From positions 79,078 through 143,077 of the IMG/VR virus record IMGVR_UViG_3300024999_000041: a stretch of DNA of 64,000 nt. One strand, written 5' to 3'. Numbering within the stretch: the first letter of the stretch is position 1; each line of letters starts with the position of its first letter. The position numbers and the translations under genes were made by a program. The notes below the pieces were generated by a model that was given only the letters and a program-made list of their open reading frames with translations, had not been told where the DNA came from and did not search any database. Shown here in pieces: positions 19,888-29,808 of this stretch. The DNA comes from a virus.

Positions 19888-21942
19888 CTAAATTATCTCC
19901 AGTGTTATTTTGTTTGAAAATTTTACATTACTACGATATATTATATAATCGTAATATTTGTTATTTATTTTTATACTCTTATAATTAACCTTAAAACTTT
20001 TCTTATCCACGATATCTTCGTCTGGAAGATAAACTTTATAGTCTTCCCCATCAACCCTAACAGTTCCTACTTCCATATAAGATGGATAGGCTATGTACAC
20101 ATATCCTTTAGGAACGAATATTTTATGTATATATCTTCTTATGCTTTCATCACTGTACAGTTGTTTTAATTCATCTTCATTGATATTAATATCATTATAG
20201 GAGCCCCAATATCTTCTGAATACTGCTGAATCCTGTTGATTTATTATAGCTCCGTCTTTAAGATATGCTAATGTTTCTAATAAAAGATTATTCAAACTAG
20301 CATTTCCTGTCTCTACAGTATCTGTTAATTTATCCTGTACATACCACCCGAAGGTACTAGCAGTATATTCGGTTGCTTTCAAGGAGGTAGCTCCCATATT
20401 AGGTATAACTAAATAACCCATATCTATGAAACTATCGTAAGTTCCTGAAGTTAGTTCTAATATGATAGAATTATCCTCTGAAAGATATACCGTCTCTCCT
20501 CTAGTCGATAAATAATCAAAGGTAGTCTTAAGTATATCAAATATTAAACTATCCGATAAAGAGCTTAAAACATGTTCTAACTTAATCCAAATTCCATTAT
20601 CATCAAATCCAAATAAAGTGGAGGTTAAACTTTCTAACTCCTGAGCAAGTATTCTTATATTAGGTAAATTTAATTTTAGTCCTTTTAAGGATAATAAGTC
20701 TTTTATTTGATTCATTACATCATTTATTTTAGATATAGCTTGTGTATAATCATTATTCTCTTGTACCTCCAAAGACACGCTATTCACCTCCCTAGTATAA
20801 TCAATTAATTCATTAAAAGACTCTCTAGTAAGAACTAGATGAGTTTGAAAATTTTTATTTTCTCCTATAGTTCTAACAACTTTAGATATTAGATATTTCC
20901 CAGAATATAATCCCTCTGTTATATTAATATTACTATCGGTACCCTCTAGGTACTCTACCATATCTAAAACATGTAAATCCTCTATATATTTACCAATAAA
21001 GGATACGGTTAATCTAGCAGTCGACAAGTTAATCAAACTTGATATATTATGTAGATAGTTATTCCAATATCCAGAAAAAACATTATCGTTAGAAAGAAAA
21101 TCATAACCATCTTTTCTTTCTACATTAAAAGAATCTAAATCAGAGGTCATGGCTATAATAGGGGATTGGGTAAACTTTACCTCTTGATAACCTCCCTTAA
21201 TCATATCATAAACCCTGTTTATTCTATTTTGAACCATACTATTAACTGCCCCAGCATCGTTAGTTATTTCTGGAGTACCATTTATCCGTATATCATTTGA
21301 GTTAATTGCAGGTCTGTTACTTAACCTATACTTGGGTTTACTTTTCACTTGAGTATCAGAATTAAATAATCTGAATGCTCCGTTCTTAGTAATAGCTACC
21401 AAAGGAATAGCCTTATTAGATAATCCCATCCTATACCAAATATCGGTTATAAATTCCCTATAACTTTTTCTACAGCATAACCATTTTTGTAATCCTGAAT
21501 CTTCCCCATCTATATTTGTTTCAAAAGTGAAAAACCTAGATACTACTTGTTTTATGGCTCCAAATCCAGATACTTCAGTATTTGAGTCAGAAGTAACAGA
21601 TTCTGTATGGCTTCCCTTCATATATCCTAAAGCATCGTAGAATCCAGATATCTCTATATAAAATCTATTCTGTCCGTAATTCTGTAAATCTTTTTTAAAT
21701 ATTCTTAGGGGTATCGAGACTTTATCCTCGTCAGAACTTCCTATAGTTATTCTTATAACATTATTTTCTATTAAATAACTTCTTAGTTCTGGAATAGAAA
21801 AACGGAACTTCAAGTCAAAACTAGGAAGAGTGTTACCTGCTTCCTCTATTAAAGTAAATTCTACAAGGTCTCTGGATTCTATAAAATCCTTATAGTTACC
21901 TACTTGCATATCAAAAATATATTGTCCTTGAATTTCTATCAT
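19888..21942 (-). CDS. Baseplate hub (gp27/P2 D-like) with long C-terminal extension
   Basis: Synteny; YSGKYLISKVVR...LVLTRES hub-like end at about aa 375, followed by about 300 extra aa. Confidence 0.6.
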   Translation of the reverse strand: MIEIQGQYIFDMQVGNYKDFIESRDLVEFTLIEEAGNTLPSFDLKFRFSIPELRSYLIENNVIRITIGSSDEDKVSIPLRIFKKDLQNYGQNRFYIEISGFYDALGYMKGSHTESVTSDSNTEVSGFGAIKQVVSRFFTFETNIDGEDSGLQKWLCCRKSYREFITDIWYRMGLSNKAIPLVAITKNGAFRLFNSDTQVKSKPKYRLSNRPAINSNDIRINGTPEITNDAGAVNSMVQNRINRVYDMIKGGYQEVKFTQSPIIAMTSDLDSFNVERKDGYDFLSNDNVFSGYWNNYLHNISSLINLSTARLTVSFIGKYIEDLHVLDMVEYLEGTDSNINITEGLYSGKYLISKVVRTIGENKNFQTHLVLTRESFNELIDYTREVNSVSLEVQENNDYTQAISKINDVMNQIKDLLSLKGLKLNLPNIRILAQELESLTSTLFGFDDNGIWIKLEHVLSSLSDSLIFDILKTTFDYLSTRGETVYLSEDNSIILELTSGTYDSFIDMGYLVIPNMGATSLKATEYTASTFGWYVQDKLTDTVETGNASLNNLLLETLAYLKDGAIINQQDSAVFRRYWGSYNDININEDELKQLYSDESIRRYIHKIFVPKGYVYIAYPSYMEVGTVRVDGEDYKVYLPDEDIVDKKSFKVNYKSIKINNKYYDYIIYRSNVKFSNKITLEII

Positions 21943-21949
21943 GATTATC

Positions 21950-22282
21950 CTATTGAAGACTTTTTAAACTATAGTATAAAGATTCTAAGTCAGATACACT
22001 AAAATAGTTTAACAATCTCCCCGTTTTTAATTCTGATAAATCTATTATATTATTATACAACATTATTAAATGAGTATATATTACAGTATCATATATTCTA
22101 TACGATATTAAGTCTGGTCTTTCCTCTTCTACGGTTATAGTAAAAACTCCTTTTACTGGAAGATTTTTAAAATTTTCTAAAAAATAAGAATCCAATACGT
22201 CAAAATTATCATCTTTCCAAGGAAGAAGTTTTCCTAAATCATATCTCTCCTTACTTATATATTCTGGGTTGACAAAAAACAT
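21950..22282 (-). CDS. Baseplate wedge gp53-like/LysM protein
   Basis: ERPDLISYRIY......IMLYNNI. Confidence 0.75.
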   Translation of the reverse strand: MFFVNPEYISKERYDLGKLLPWKDDNFDVLDSYFLENFKNLPVKGVFTITVEEERPDLISYRIYDTVIYTHLIMLYNNIIDLSELKTGRLLNYFSVSDLESLYYSLKSLQ

Positions 22283-22965
22283 TATTGTATCTCCATATTT
22301 GGTGTTTGTAAAAACATAGACTGCATTTCATCATAGTAGGGAAGTCTGGTAGGACTTAAAGTAACTGTAAGTTTAGTCCAATATGGCTGACCATCAGGAG
22401 TAAGGGTAGTGGAGTATTCTGGTCTAAAACCTTTAATTAAAAGATTCATAGCTCTAAACCATTGACCTATAGTCAATATCACTGTTCCTTTTAATGGTTT
22501 CCTATTAATACCTATATTATTACCATATTGTGCTAAGTTGACTGGTTGGTACCCCCAATGATATTTAACAGCTACAGGAACTCCTAATACTGGAGAATTC
22601 TCTGGATAAATAGCTTGGTATAGTTTATTAACTATCTCTGTTGGTTTAATAGTACTGTTAGTTGCTATGATATAAAAGCTAAGATTGAATACAGGTATAT
22701 TGGCTCCAGTCCACTGCTGAGTAGTGTCTAGGTGATTCAATATTTGAATGTCGCTTCCTAGCCTAGCTAACCATTGATTAGCTTTAGTAGAATATTCTCT
22801 TCCGAATAACTGGTCAGACCAGTTAGCTTCGTTTTGAAAATCAAAAGGTCCCTCAAGATACCCCAAAATAACATTACCTTGGTCTGGTTCTCCTCCAGTT
22901 TGTTTTGGTAGTATTAATTTTACCTTTAGTCTATCATCATTTATAACTCTATCGAAAATATTCAT
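22282..22965 (-). CDS. Putative tail tube initiator/baseplate protein
   Basis: Synteny between tape measure and LysM protein; LTIGQWF...DGQP...TVTL. Confidence 0.55.
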   Translation of the reverse strand: MNIFDRVINDDRLKVKLILPKQTGGEPDQGNVILGYLEGPFDFQNEANWSDQLFGREYSTKANQWLARLGSDIQILNHLDTTQQWTGANIPVFNLSFYIIATNSTIKPTEIVNKLYQAIYPENSPVLGVPVAVKYHWGYQPVNLAQYGNNIGINRKPLKGTVILTIGQWFRAMNLLIKGFRPEYSTTLTPDGQPYWTKLTVTLSPTRLPYYDEMQSMFLQTPNMEIQ

Positions 22966-25130
22966 TATGCTATATCCCCATAATCTATATGATGATTAAG
23001 TAATTCGTTGTCTGATTTTAATTTTCTAGTTGATTTATCTTTAGCTGGCTGAGGAATAGGTATCATCTGAGCTTTATTATCCGCTATATTTCCTACTGTC
23101 TGAGATATGGATTTTTGTTCTGGCATAGTAGCTACTTCGTTACCTATGTTTGAAAACTCGGCAGGATTTTTCACCCATTTATTTTGACCCCCTACATCGT
23201 AAGTTAATACGTCAGATGCGTTTAAGCTCTTCATCTCTCCTGTAGTTTTATTGGAGGCTAAAACTTTATAATTACCATCTTTATCCTGAGTTATGTTCTT
23301 AATATTGTATTTATTTTTAAAGTTATCGTAGTTAGTTGTATCTACTGCCTGTCCTTTATTAGATAATGCTAATTTTGTAGTATCCACGTTACTGGCATCC
23401 ATCATAAATTTTTGTCTTTGCTCCCAAATAGACGGACTAGCAGAGGATAATTTATCCCCCAATGAACTAACAGTACTTTTATTCTTTTGATAGGCTGGAA
23501 TTACCTTTGTGGGGTCTATAGCTTTTCCAGAAGTATCCCTTACTTTATAATGTAGAACAGATTGACCCTTTCCTACTCCCACAACTCTACCAGTAGTCCC
23601 AGTCTCTCCTACAACCCCTCCAGTAGGTACTATGTCTCCGAGTTTAACATTCTGTTTACTTAAGTGAGAAAAAGATTCAGTAGTTCCTTTGGGATTTTTA
23701 ACAAAGACATAGTTACCTGAAAGTTTATCGCTTCCTATTTTTGTAACTTTCCCGCCCCCCAAAGATGATTTAACTGGACTTCCATAAGGCTGTGCTAAAT
23801 CTAGGGCACCATGTATTCCATAGTCTCTAGGCGAACTAAAAGTATCTGTTATTTTTCCTTTAGTGGGTAATAGCCCTTTTAACCCCTTAAGAATTCCAGC
23901 ACCCACTCCAGTATACTCACTTTGTACTTGAGCTGGGGTTTTGCCCTGTCTTTTAGCCATGGCATCTATTCCCTTACCAGCAGTATTAGTAGCATTACTT
24001 AGAGCTATTCCTCCTCCCACCACTAGAGCTCCTCCCGCTAAATAAGGAAGTAATGGAGCCAATGCTCCAGCAGCAGCGGTTAATTTAGGTAAATCTGTAG
24101 CTGGATTAAAATTCTTTACCATATCCCCAACACCTTTACCCATCATTTCAGCAGAGGAGAAAACAGCGGGACTAGCTCCTCTTAACATTGGATTTTCAGC
24201 CATGCCTAAAGCAGCGGTTTTCCCTGTCATTACTACTGCAAAATCTGCTAAATCAGCAGTAGTCTTTTTAAGCTCTCTAGCTAAATGTGATACTGCTCCC
24301 CCTTCATCTTTGCCTTTTCCTCCCTTGCCTCCAGTTTCCCCCTGTTCTTCCAGATAACCTTCTATCTTATCATTACTTCTTTGATTATCGGTTAATAGTC
24401 TAACTACCTCTTCTAAAGATACGTTAGCTTCTTTCAAATCAGTATCTAATTTCTTATAAGGGGCAAAGGTAGCAGTTTTAAATTCCTTCTCGTTTTCTGC
24501 ATAATATTCTAAATTTTTATCTAGCTCCATTAAAATATTTACAATCTTCTCATCATTAACTTTACCCGTCTTTAAAGTACTATCTAACAATCCTTTGAGT
24601 TCTTTGCTCAAAGCTAAATCCTCATCAGAATAATCTCTGAGAAAACTAAACAGGTCTAATTTAAAATCATTACTAATCTTCTCATCTTTAACCATCTTCT
24701 TAAAATTAGTCAAGATATCTTTTATAGGCACTCCTATCTGTTCTTGACTATCCGACAAAGCATCTTTCATAGTCTGTACAAATTTAGCTAGTTCTTTTTT
24801 CTCTTCTAACTGTAATCTCTGTCCAGATACATATCTATCCATAGTTTTTTTAAAGTTACCGTCTATCTTAGTCATGAGGTCTATTAACTTTAAAAATCCC
24901 TTATCGTCATTAAGACTCTCTTCTCTTCCCTTTTTACTAGAAACTTTATCTTTATTGTAAGAATTCTCCAATAATTTATAATAGAGAACCATTTGTTTTA
25001 TAAGTTTGTCTAATTTATCATTAGTGGCTTTCTCCCTTTGTTCCATGCCAGAAAACATCTTCGACATTGAAGATGTTAAATCCAAAAATGGATTATTCTT
25101 TATTGGTTCTTTTGGTTCGTTTAAAGCCAT
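22965..25130 (-). CDS. Tape-measure-like protein with M23 peptidase domain
   Basis: Long helical N-terminus, Gly/Ala-rich hydrophobic middle, HGALD...GNYV...SHLS...G.TG M23 signature; probable start ATG at 25130 after AGGA. Confidence 0.7.
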   Translation of the reverse strand: MALNEPKEPIKNNPFLDLTSSMSKMFSGMEQREKATNDKLDKLIKQMVLYYKLLENSYNKDKVSSKKGREESLNDDKGFLKLIDLMTKIDGNFKKTMDRYVSGQRLQLEEKKELAKFVQTMKDALSDSQEQIGVPIKDILTNFKKMVKDEKISNDFKLDLFSFLRDYSDEDLALSKELKGLLDSTLKTGKVNDEKIVNILMELDKNLEYYAENEKEFKTATFAPYKKLDTDLKEANVSLEEVVRLLTDNQRSNDKIEGYLEEQGETGGKGGKGKDEGGAVSHLARELKKTTADLADFAVVMTGKTAALGMAENPMLRGASPAVFSSAEMMGKGVGDMVKNFNPATDLPKLTAAAGALAPLLPYLAGGALVVGGGIALSNATNTAGKGIDAMAKRQGKTPAQVQSEYTGVGAGILKGLKGLLPTKGKITDTFSSPRDYGIHGALDLAQPYGSPVKSSLGGGKVTKIGSDKLSGNYVFVKNPKGTTESFSHLSKQNVKLGDIVPTGGVVGETGTTGRVVGVGKGQSVLHYKVRDTSGKAIDPTKVIPAYQKNKSTVSSLGDKLSSASPSIWEQRQKFMMDASNVDTTKLALSNKGQAVDTTNYDNFKNKYNIKNITQDKDGNYKVLASNKTTGEMKSLNASDVLTYDVGGQNKWVKNPAEFSNIGNEVATMPEQKSISQTVGNIADNKAQMIPIPQPAKDKSTRKLKSDNELLNHHIDYGDIA

Positions 25131-25135
25131 GATTC

Positions 25136-25276
25136 CTATTTCTTTTTCTCTTTTATTAAGGATTCCCACATATATAATATTTCTGAATAAGGTATATCCA
25201 TAATATTTACAATATCTGCTACTTCATTTCTAGCCAAATGATATTTCATTTCTAATATCATATTCCTGTCCACGAA
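25136..25276 (-). CDS. Unannotated gp51-like / chaperone 'T' reading frame (probably reached by +1 frameshift)
   Basis: FVDRNMILEMKYHLARNEVADIVNIMDIPYSEILYMWESLIKEKKK*, overlapping the end of 25230..25955. Confidence 0.6.
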   Translation of the reverse strand, partial: FVDRNMILEMKYHLARNEVADIVNIMDIPYSEILYMWESLIKEKKK

Positions 25277-25955
25277 AGGGTCTGGTTATTTCTGCCTCCG
25301 CATAATTCGCAGGATTAACAAGATATTCAAAATGACAATCAGAACATTTGAATGGTATCTTAGATAATCCATGATAAAGTAATTTATTGATATATTCTAC
25401 TTTTTCTACATCATCTCCTACTAGGCTATATATTAAGTTATAGGCTTCTCCCGAAGGTAAGTTATCCACGTGTTTAGCAAAAACATATATGACATCTCTT
25501 ATTTTATCTAACTTTAATATCTCCAAGTAATCCCTAATAGTTAAAAATTTAAAAGAAACTTCTGTTTCTTTAATTCTAATTCTTATAGGCATCTTAGGAA
25601 TCTCAGTATCCTCAAAATCCATATCTTTTAATTCTAGGGTTCTCGAGTTTTTTAAATCACAGTTAGGACAGAAAGCTTGCATTTGAAACAAAGGAGTTCC
25701 AAGACTTGCTATCTTTCTTAACCATCCAATATAAACAACATCATAGAAAGTTAATTCATATTTATCCATTCCAGTAGCCCTTACACCCTGTAAAAGATAT
25801 TCATATAATTGTACAGCATCCATATTAGAGTTATTTATCTTTTGTAAATCTCCCAATGTATAAGGATTATAATAAATCCTAGTAGCTTCTGGGTAAGATA
25901 GTTTTTTAGAAGGTAGATTCTTAATCTCCACTTCTGGTAAAAATTTGTTTTCCAT
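25230..25955 (-). CDS. Baseplate hub assembly / tail chaperone (T4 gp26-like)
   Basis: LPSK...Y...PYT, LT..D..YI...R..S, CPNC and CSDC; upstream of tape measure. Confidence 0.75.
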   Translation of the reverse strand: MENKFLPEVEIKNLPSKKLSYPEATRIYYNPYTLGDLQKINNSNMDAVQLYEYLLQGVRATGMDKYELTFYDVVYIGWLRKIASLGTPLFQMQAFCPNCDLKNSRTLELKDMDFEDTEIPKMPIRIRIKETEVSFKFLTIRDYLEILKLDKIRDVIYVFAKHVDNLPSGEAYNLIYSLVGDDVEKVEYINKLLYHGLSKIPFKCSDCHFEYLVNPANYAEAEITRPFRGQEYDIRNEISFG

Positions 25956-25971
25956 CCAACAACCTCTCCTG

Positions 25972-26640
25972 TTATCCTAAATAATCAATTACTAAAAAAT
26001 TAACTGTTAATTCTCTAGCAGAGGAATCCCGAGAGGACATTTCTACTTTAACATCCCCCCTAGGAATTACTTTATATTTAGTTTCTAATACGATATTTCT
26101 CTCAAAATTTAATTTATACACAGATAAATCTCGATAGGAATCTTCTAAATAGTTACAAGTAACTCCATCATGCACCTCTAAAAACCAAGCACGTAATGAT
26201 TTTTCTATTATACATTCTTCTGTATCATATATTGTCATACTTATTTCTGGTATACCTTTTTGAGAAGGTATCCTGAAATTATTATAGTTTGGTAATGCTA
26301 TATCTTGGGTAACTATCTCTGGTAAGTTTTCTGTAACGGTACTAGCGGGAATGATGTAATTATCCAAAGGACTATTTATACCCCCCTGAAGTCTTACCAT
26401 GAATAGATATTTAGCTCCCCAAGTAATATCGAAAACGGTGGATAAATCGTCCCTCGAAGAATTATTAACAACTCCAGAAGAAAGAAGTCTTTGAATATCG
26501 CCTACCTTATCTGACAATGCTCCTAGAGAGGATATCTTACCTAAGCTATCCTTAGCATTTTGAATTCCTTCTTTAGCTACAGAATCCGCTGTCTGAGATA
26601 TCGCTCCAGTTAATAATTTAGGAGTGTATTTATCAACCAT
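25972..26640 (-). CDS. Tail tube-like baseplate protein (gp48/gp54-like)
   Basis: Tube-fold pattern MTIYDT......LRAW...Y.DL.VYKL...ELTVNF; synteny. Confidence 0.55.
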   Translation of the reverse strand: MVDKYTPKLLTGAISQTADSVAKEGIQNAKDSLGKISSLGALSDKVGDIQRLLSSGVVNNSSRDDLSTVFDITWGAKYLFMVRLQGGINSPLDNYIIPASTVTENLPEIVTQDIALPNYNNFRIPSQKGIPEISMTIYDTEECIIEKSLRAWFLEVHDGVTCNYLEDSYRDLSVYKLNFERNIVLETKYKVIPRGDVKVEMSSRDSSARELTVNFLVIDYLG

Positions 26641-26701
26641 AATTAAATCCTACCTCATTCCTATTTATAATATAAATTATCTTGAGGTAGTATTTTTAAA
26701 T

Positions 26702-27076
26702 TTAAACTCGGTAGATAGCTAAGATACGTTCTATTGATGGGTCGCTTTTAGCTAAAGCACTCGCTTCATTAACACAAGTAGCGTAAACAAATTTCTTAGA
26801 TTGAGCAAAACCTTTAATAGTACAGTCTATTCTATATTGATAATAGTTACTCCCATAAATATTATTGCTAACAGTTTCTTCTTTCGTTTCCTTGGAACAA
26901 GAAATTGCTGGAGGAGTATTAAACATAACCCAAACTACAAAAGCTATGAAAGCTACTACTAAAATAACAACTGGATTAATCATCATAGCTATTAAAGAAC
27001 CCATAACTAGGATACCTATCAAGATATTAGAAACAAAATTGTCTTCCTTGGTTTGGTATCTTTCTATATCTAACAT
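26702..27076 (-). CDS. Hypothetical membrane protein
   Basis: Two N-terminal hydrophobic segments; own late-motif promoter. Confidence 0.6.
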   Translation of the reverse strand: MLDIERYQTKEDNFVSNILIGILVMGSLIAMMINPVVILVVAFIAFVVWVMFNTPPAISCSKETKEETVSNNIYGSNYYQYRIDCTIKGFAQSKKFVYATCVNEASALAKSDPSIERILAIYRV

Positions 27077-27120
27077 AATTCAGTCCTCTATCTTAACCTT
27101 ATATAATTAGTATAATATAA

Positions 27121-27143
27121 AAGAGGGTTGTTGTCAACCCTCT
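27121..27143 (-). terminator. Terminator after tail tube gene
   Basis: AAGAGGGTTG-ACAA-CAACCCTCTT plus T-tract. Confidence 0.8.
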
Positions 27144-27172
27144 TTAAGCGTATTATGAACTTTTGTAACGTA

Positions 27173-27709
27173 TTATACCTTTTGTCCATCTGCCAAGAAA
27201 TAATCGAATCTCAAAGTTATTTCTGGGTTTATTGTAGCATTAGAATCTCCCGCAGGGCTTCCTATGGTATGAGACTGCATCCAGCAATTTTTAAGAGTAT
27301 ACTCTTAAAAATTGCCATTTTCACTGGCTAGAGGTCTTAATACTATAGTAGGACAAATATACTCAGGTTTTCTTTTTTGGGTACCTGCCCCTGGTTTCCA
27401 AAGTAACTCTCCCCAGTCTCTGATAAATCTTTCAATGATACCATTATCACTTTCAACAAATGTTAAAGTGATGGGGTCATACGTCCTTAATCCTGCTTGG
27501 TATACTTTGTGTCCATGAATACCAACCTCTATTTCTTCATTAGAAAATTTAGGGTATTCTGAAGAAAGAGCACGAGCGTTCAAAGAATCGCTGTTGTAAT
27601 TTCCAGCATTAGCTATAGCCGATGGAAGGGTAGGTATAATAACTTCCCATCTATACAGAACAGCAAAATCCTGATTGTTGATGATTTGAATTATGTCTGG
27701 TCTAGTCAT
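27173..27709 (-). CDS. Tail tube protein (T4 gp19-like) with internal in-frame TAA at 27305-27307
   Basis: YRWEV, P.F.NEEIEV...G.KVYQAG..TY..ITLTF; the frame continues after the stop as EYTLKNCWMQSHTIGSPAGDSNATINPEITLRFDYFLADGQKV*, a typical tube C-terminus. Confidence 0.85.
27284..27315. repeat. Perfect 32-bp palindrome
   Basis: gcaatttttaagagta|tactcttaaaaattgc. Confidence 0.95.
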
Positions 27710-27729
27710 CTAAAAGACTCCTATCTATA

Positions 27730-29787
27730 TTATCCTAGTAAGTTCTGAGCTAAATTTAAGTCAAATCCAGTTCTTGTGATAACCACTGACAGTGTAATAA
27801 ATTCTGCTGTTTTAGTTGGTTGCACAAATAACCAGACGTTCATTATGTTATTGTCTATATCGGCTGGAGTATTGTTTGTTTCATCACAAACAACTTTATA
27901 ATCATAGACACCTTTTCTGGATTTTATGTTATCCATATAAGATTCCATACCTGTTCTTATTAATAATCTTGTGAAGTCGTCATTAAATTCAAACAGATAA
28001 TCTTCTAAGAAAGCTGCTAAAGCTGGTTCTATGGTTATTAAAAGTAATCTCACGTTCAATCTATCTAGTGCTGAAGGTCTAGCAGATAATGTTTTTTGAC
28101 CCCAGATAGCTATCCCTTTTCCCACAGAAAATTTAATAGGGTTAATTCCTGAATCATAGAGTAAATCCAATTCCCCTTCAGTAAATCTTCTTTTGGTGTC
28201 AAGTACATTAATCATACCTCTTTTGAAACCTGCTGGAGCGAACCATATTTCGTAATTTGAAGAGGTATCTGATATAGCTGCTGCTGCGTATCCGTCAGGT
28301 GCCACGAATATATCTCTATCATTAAACCTGTCTCTAATTTTAACGTGGGGTGAGTATAGAGCAGAGTATGAAGAATTCAGGTTAAGAGTGGTTTTTCTAT
28401 AAGTAACTATGTCCGTCATATAGTTACTTGAATCTTCAGTATAATATGGAGTAGACAATATACCAACACAGTCTTTTCTGCTTTGGCACAAACTATCTAT
28501 AGCTTGTTGATATGCTACGGTAGCCCATCCTCCGTCCATTATTACTGTTAAAGGTATCTCTGCTTTGTTATTCAATGTATTAAGAGCACTAATCATATTA
28601 GTATCAGTTACTGATAATCCGTCTAATGCTCCAGTTAATGTCAAGAAGGTAGTTTGTTCTTTTATAGTCTCAGTACTGACAAGAGAAGTATTATCTATTG
28701 CCCTAATATAACTAGAACCTAATAGAACATCTTCTATGTAGATGTTTTTACCATATCCATCTTTAGCATTTACATCTCTCGAACATGTAAATACCTCTAA
28801 AGTTTCTCCAGTAGATTGTTTATACACTTGAATCTGAAACGCATCTGGTTCTTTTACAACGTCTGGACTATTAGCATAAGTAAATAATTTTATCTCAATA
28901 TCATTAGCCCAAGAACCTTGATTAGCTCCTGTTATAAGGAATAAGTCATCTGATTGAAATTCATAAGTTTGTGGATTTACTAAACTGTTTCTAAAAATGG
29001 TACCGTCTACTACGTTACTAGCTAATGTTTCGGATACTACAACTTCTGTATCTCCTGCTACTAAAGTAGCACTTACTACTGTATAAACTCCATCATTTCC
29101 CGTAGAGCCTTGAACTCCTATTTTATCTCCAACATGACAAAAAGATGTTAAATCTGTAGCCATTGTGAATTTTTTGTTAGGTTGGTCTACTGCTGTAATA
29201 GCTCCTATCTCAACATCAGTTAATTGGATGTTGGTATTAATAGTAGATACCTCTTTGTATATGCTACCGTCTGCTGTAGCATCGGGAACAACTTCGGATA
29301 CTACAACTTCTGTATCTCCTGCTACTAAAGTAGCACTTACTACTGTATAAACTCCGTCATTTCCAGTAGAGCCTTGAACATTTATAGAAGTAACTCCTGT
29401 AAAGGAAGCTGTTAAATCTCCAGTTAATGTGAATTTTTTGTTAGGTTGGTCTACTGCTGTGATAGCTCCTATTAGAGTATTAACTAATATAGGAGTTTTT
29501 CTCACAACTAAACCACCGTATGTGGAACCATTATCGGCTCTTACAACCCATAATCTATTAGCTTTTGATAAATAGGCTAAGGCAGAATAAAAAGCCATAT
29601 TATATCCCACTTCTACTCTTTGATTAGGAGTAAAATAGTTTAATAAGTCTGTATCCGAAGTTACAAATATAGGCTTATTAATATCACCTTTTGGTGCTGG
29701 GATAGCTATAGCTGCATAAGTTCCTAAGGAACTTGGAACTCTTGTAGAGATATCAATCTCTTTTACATTTATGCGAGGTGCTGTCAT
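27730..29787 (-). CDS. Tail sheath protein (T4 gp18-like)
   Basis: PRINVKEID, VVRA, WFAPAGFKRG, INPI, WGQKTL, DRLNVRLL, FEFND, VCDETNNTP, PTKTAEFI. Confidence 0.95.
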   Translation of the reverse strand: MTAPRINVKEIDISTRVPSSLGTYAAIAIPAPKGDINKPIFVTSDTDLLNYFTPNQRVEVGYNMAFYSALAYLSKANRLWVVRADNGSTYGGLVVRKTPILVNTLIGAITAVDQPNKKFTLTGDLTASFTGVTSINVQGSTGNDGVYTVVSATLVAGDTEVVVSEVVPDATADGSIYKEVSTINTNIQLTDVEIGAITAVDQPNKKFTMATDLTSFCHVGDKIGVQGSTGNDGVYTVVSATLVAGDTEVVVSETLASNVVDGTIFRNSLVNPQTYEFQSDDLFLITGANQGSWANDIEIKLFTYANSPDVVKEPDAFQIQVYKQSTGETLEVFTCSRDVNAKDGYGKNIYIEDVLLGSSYIRAIDNTSLVSTETIKEQTTFLTLTGALDGLSVTDTNMISALNTLNNKAEIPLTVIMDGGWATVAYQQAIDSLCQSRKDCVGILSTPYYTEDSSNYMTDIVTYRKTTLNLNSSYSALYSPHVKIRDRFNDRDIFVAPDGYAAAAISDTSSNYEIWFAPAGFKRGMINVLDTKRRFTEGELDLLYDSGINPIKFSVGKGIAIWGQKTLSARPSALDRLNVRLLLITIEPALAAFLEDYLFEFNDDFTRLLIRTGMESYMDNIKSRKGVYDYKVVCDETNNTPADIDNNIMNVWLFVQPTKTAEFITLSVVITRTGFDLNLAQNLLG
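29029..29471. repeat. Tandem 264-nt-offset duplication inside sheath gene (88-aa module twice)
   Basis: 29029-29115 vs 29293-29379 (2 mismatches) and 29164-29207 vs 29428-29471 (1 mismatch). Confidence 0.9.
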
Positions 29788-29808
29788 TATTAATTCTCCC
29801 GTATCAAA

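Noticed and set aside
27305-27307. Genome-wide stop codon reassignment
   Set aside because: TAA, TAG and TGA all end otherwise full-length genes; only this one gene is interrupted
29029-29471. Diversity-generating retroelement TR/VR pair
   Set aside because: Both copies are in frame in one gene, the differences are synonymous third-position changes, and no reverse transcriptase is in the window
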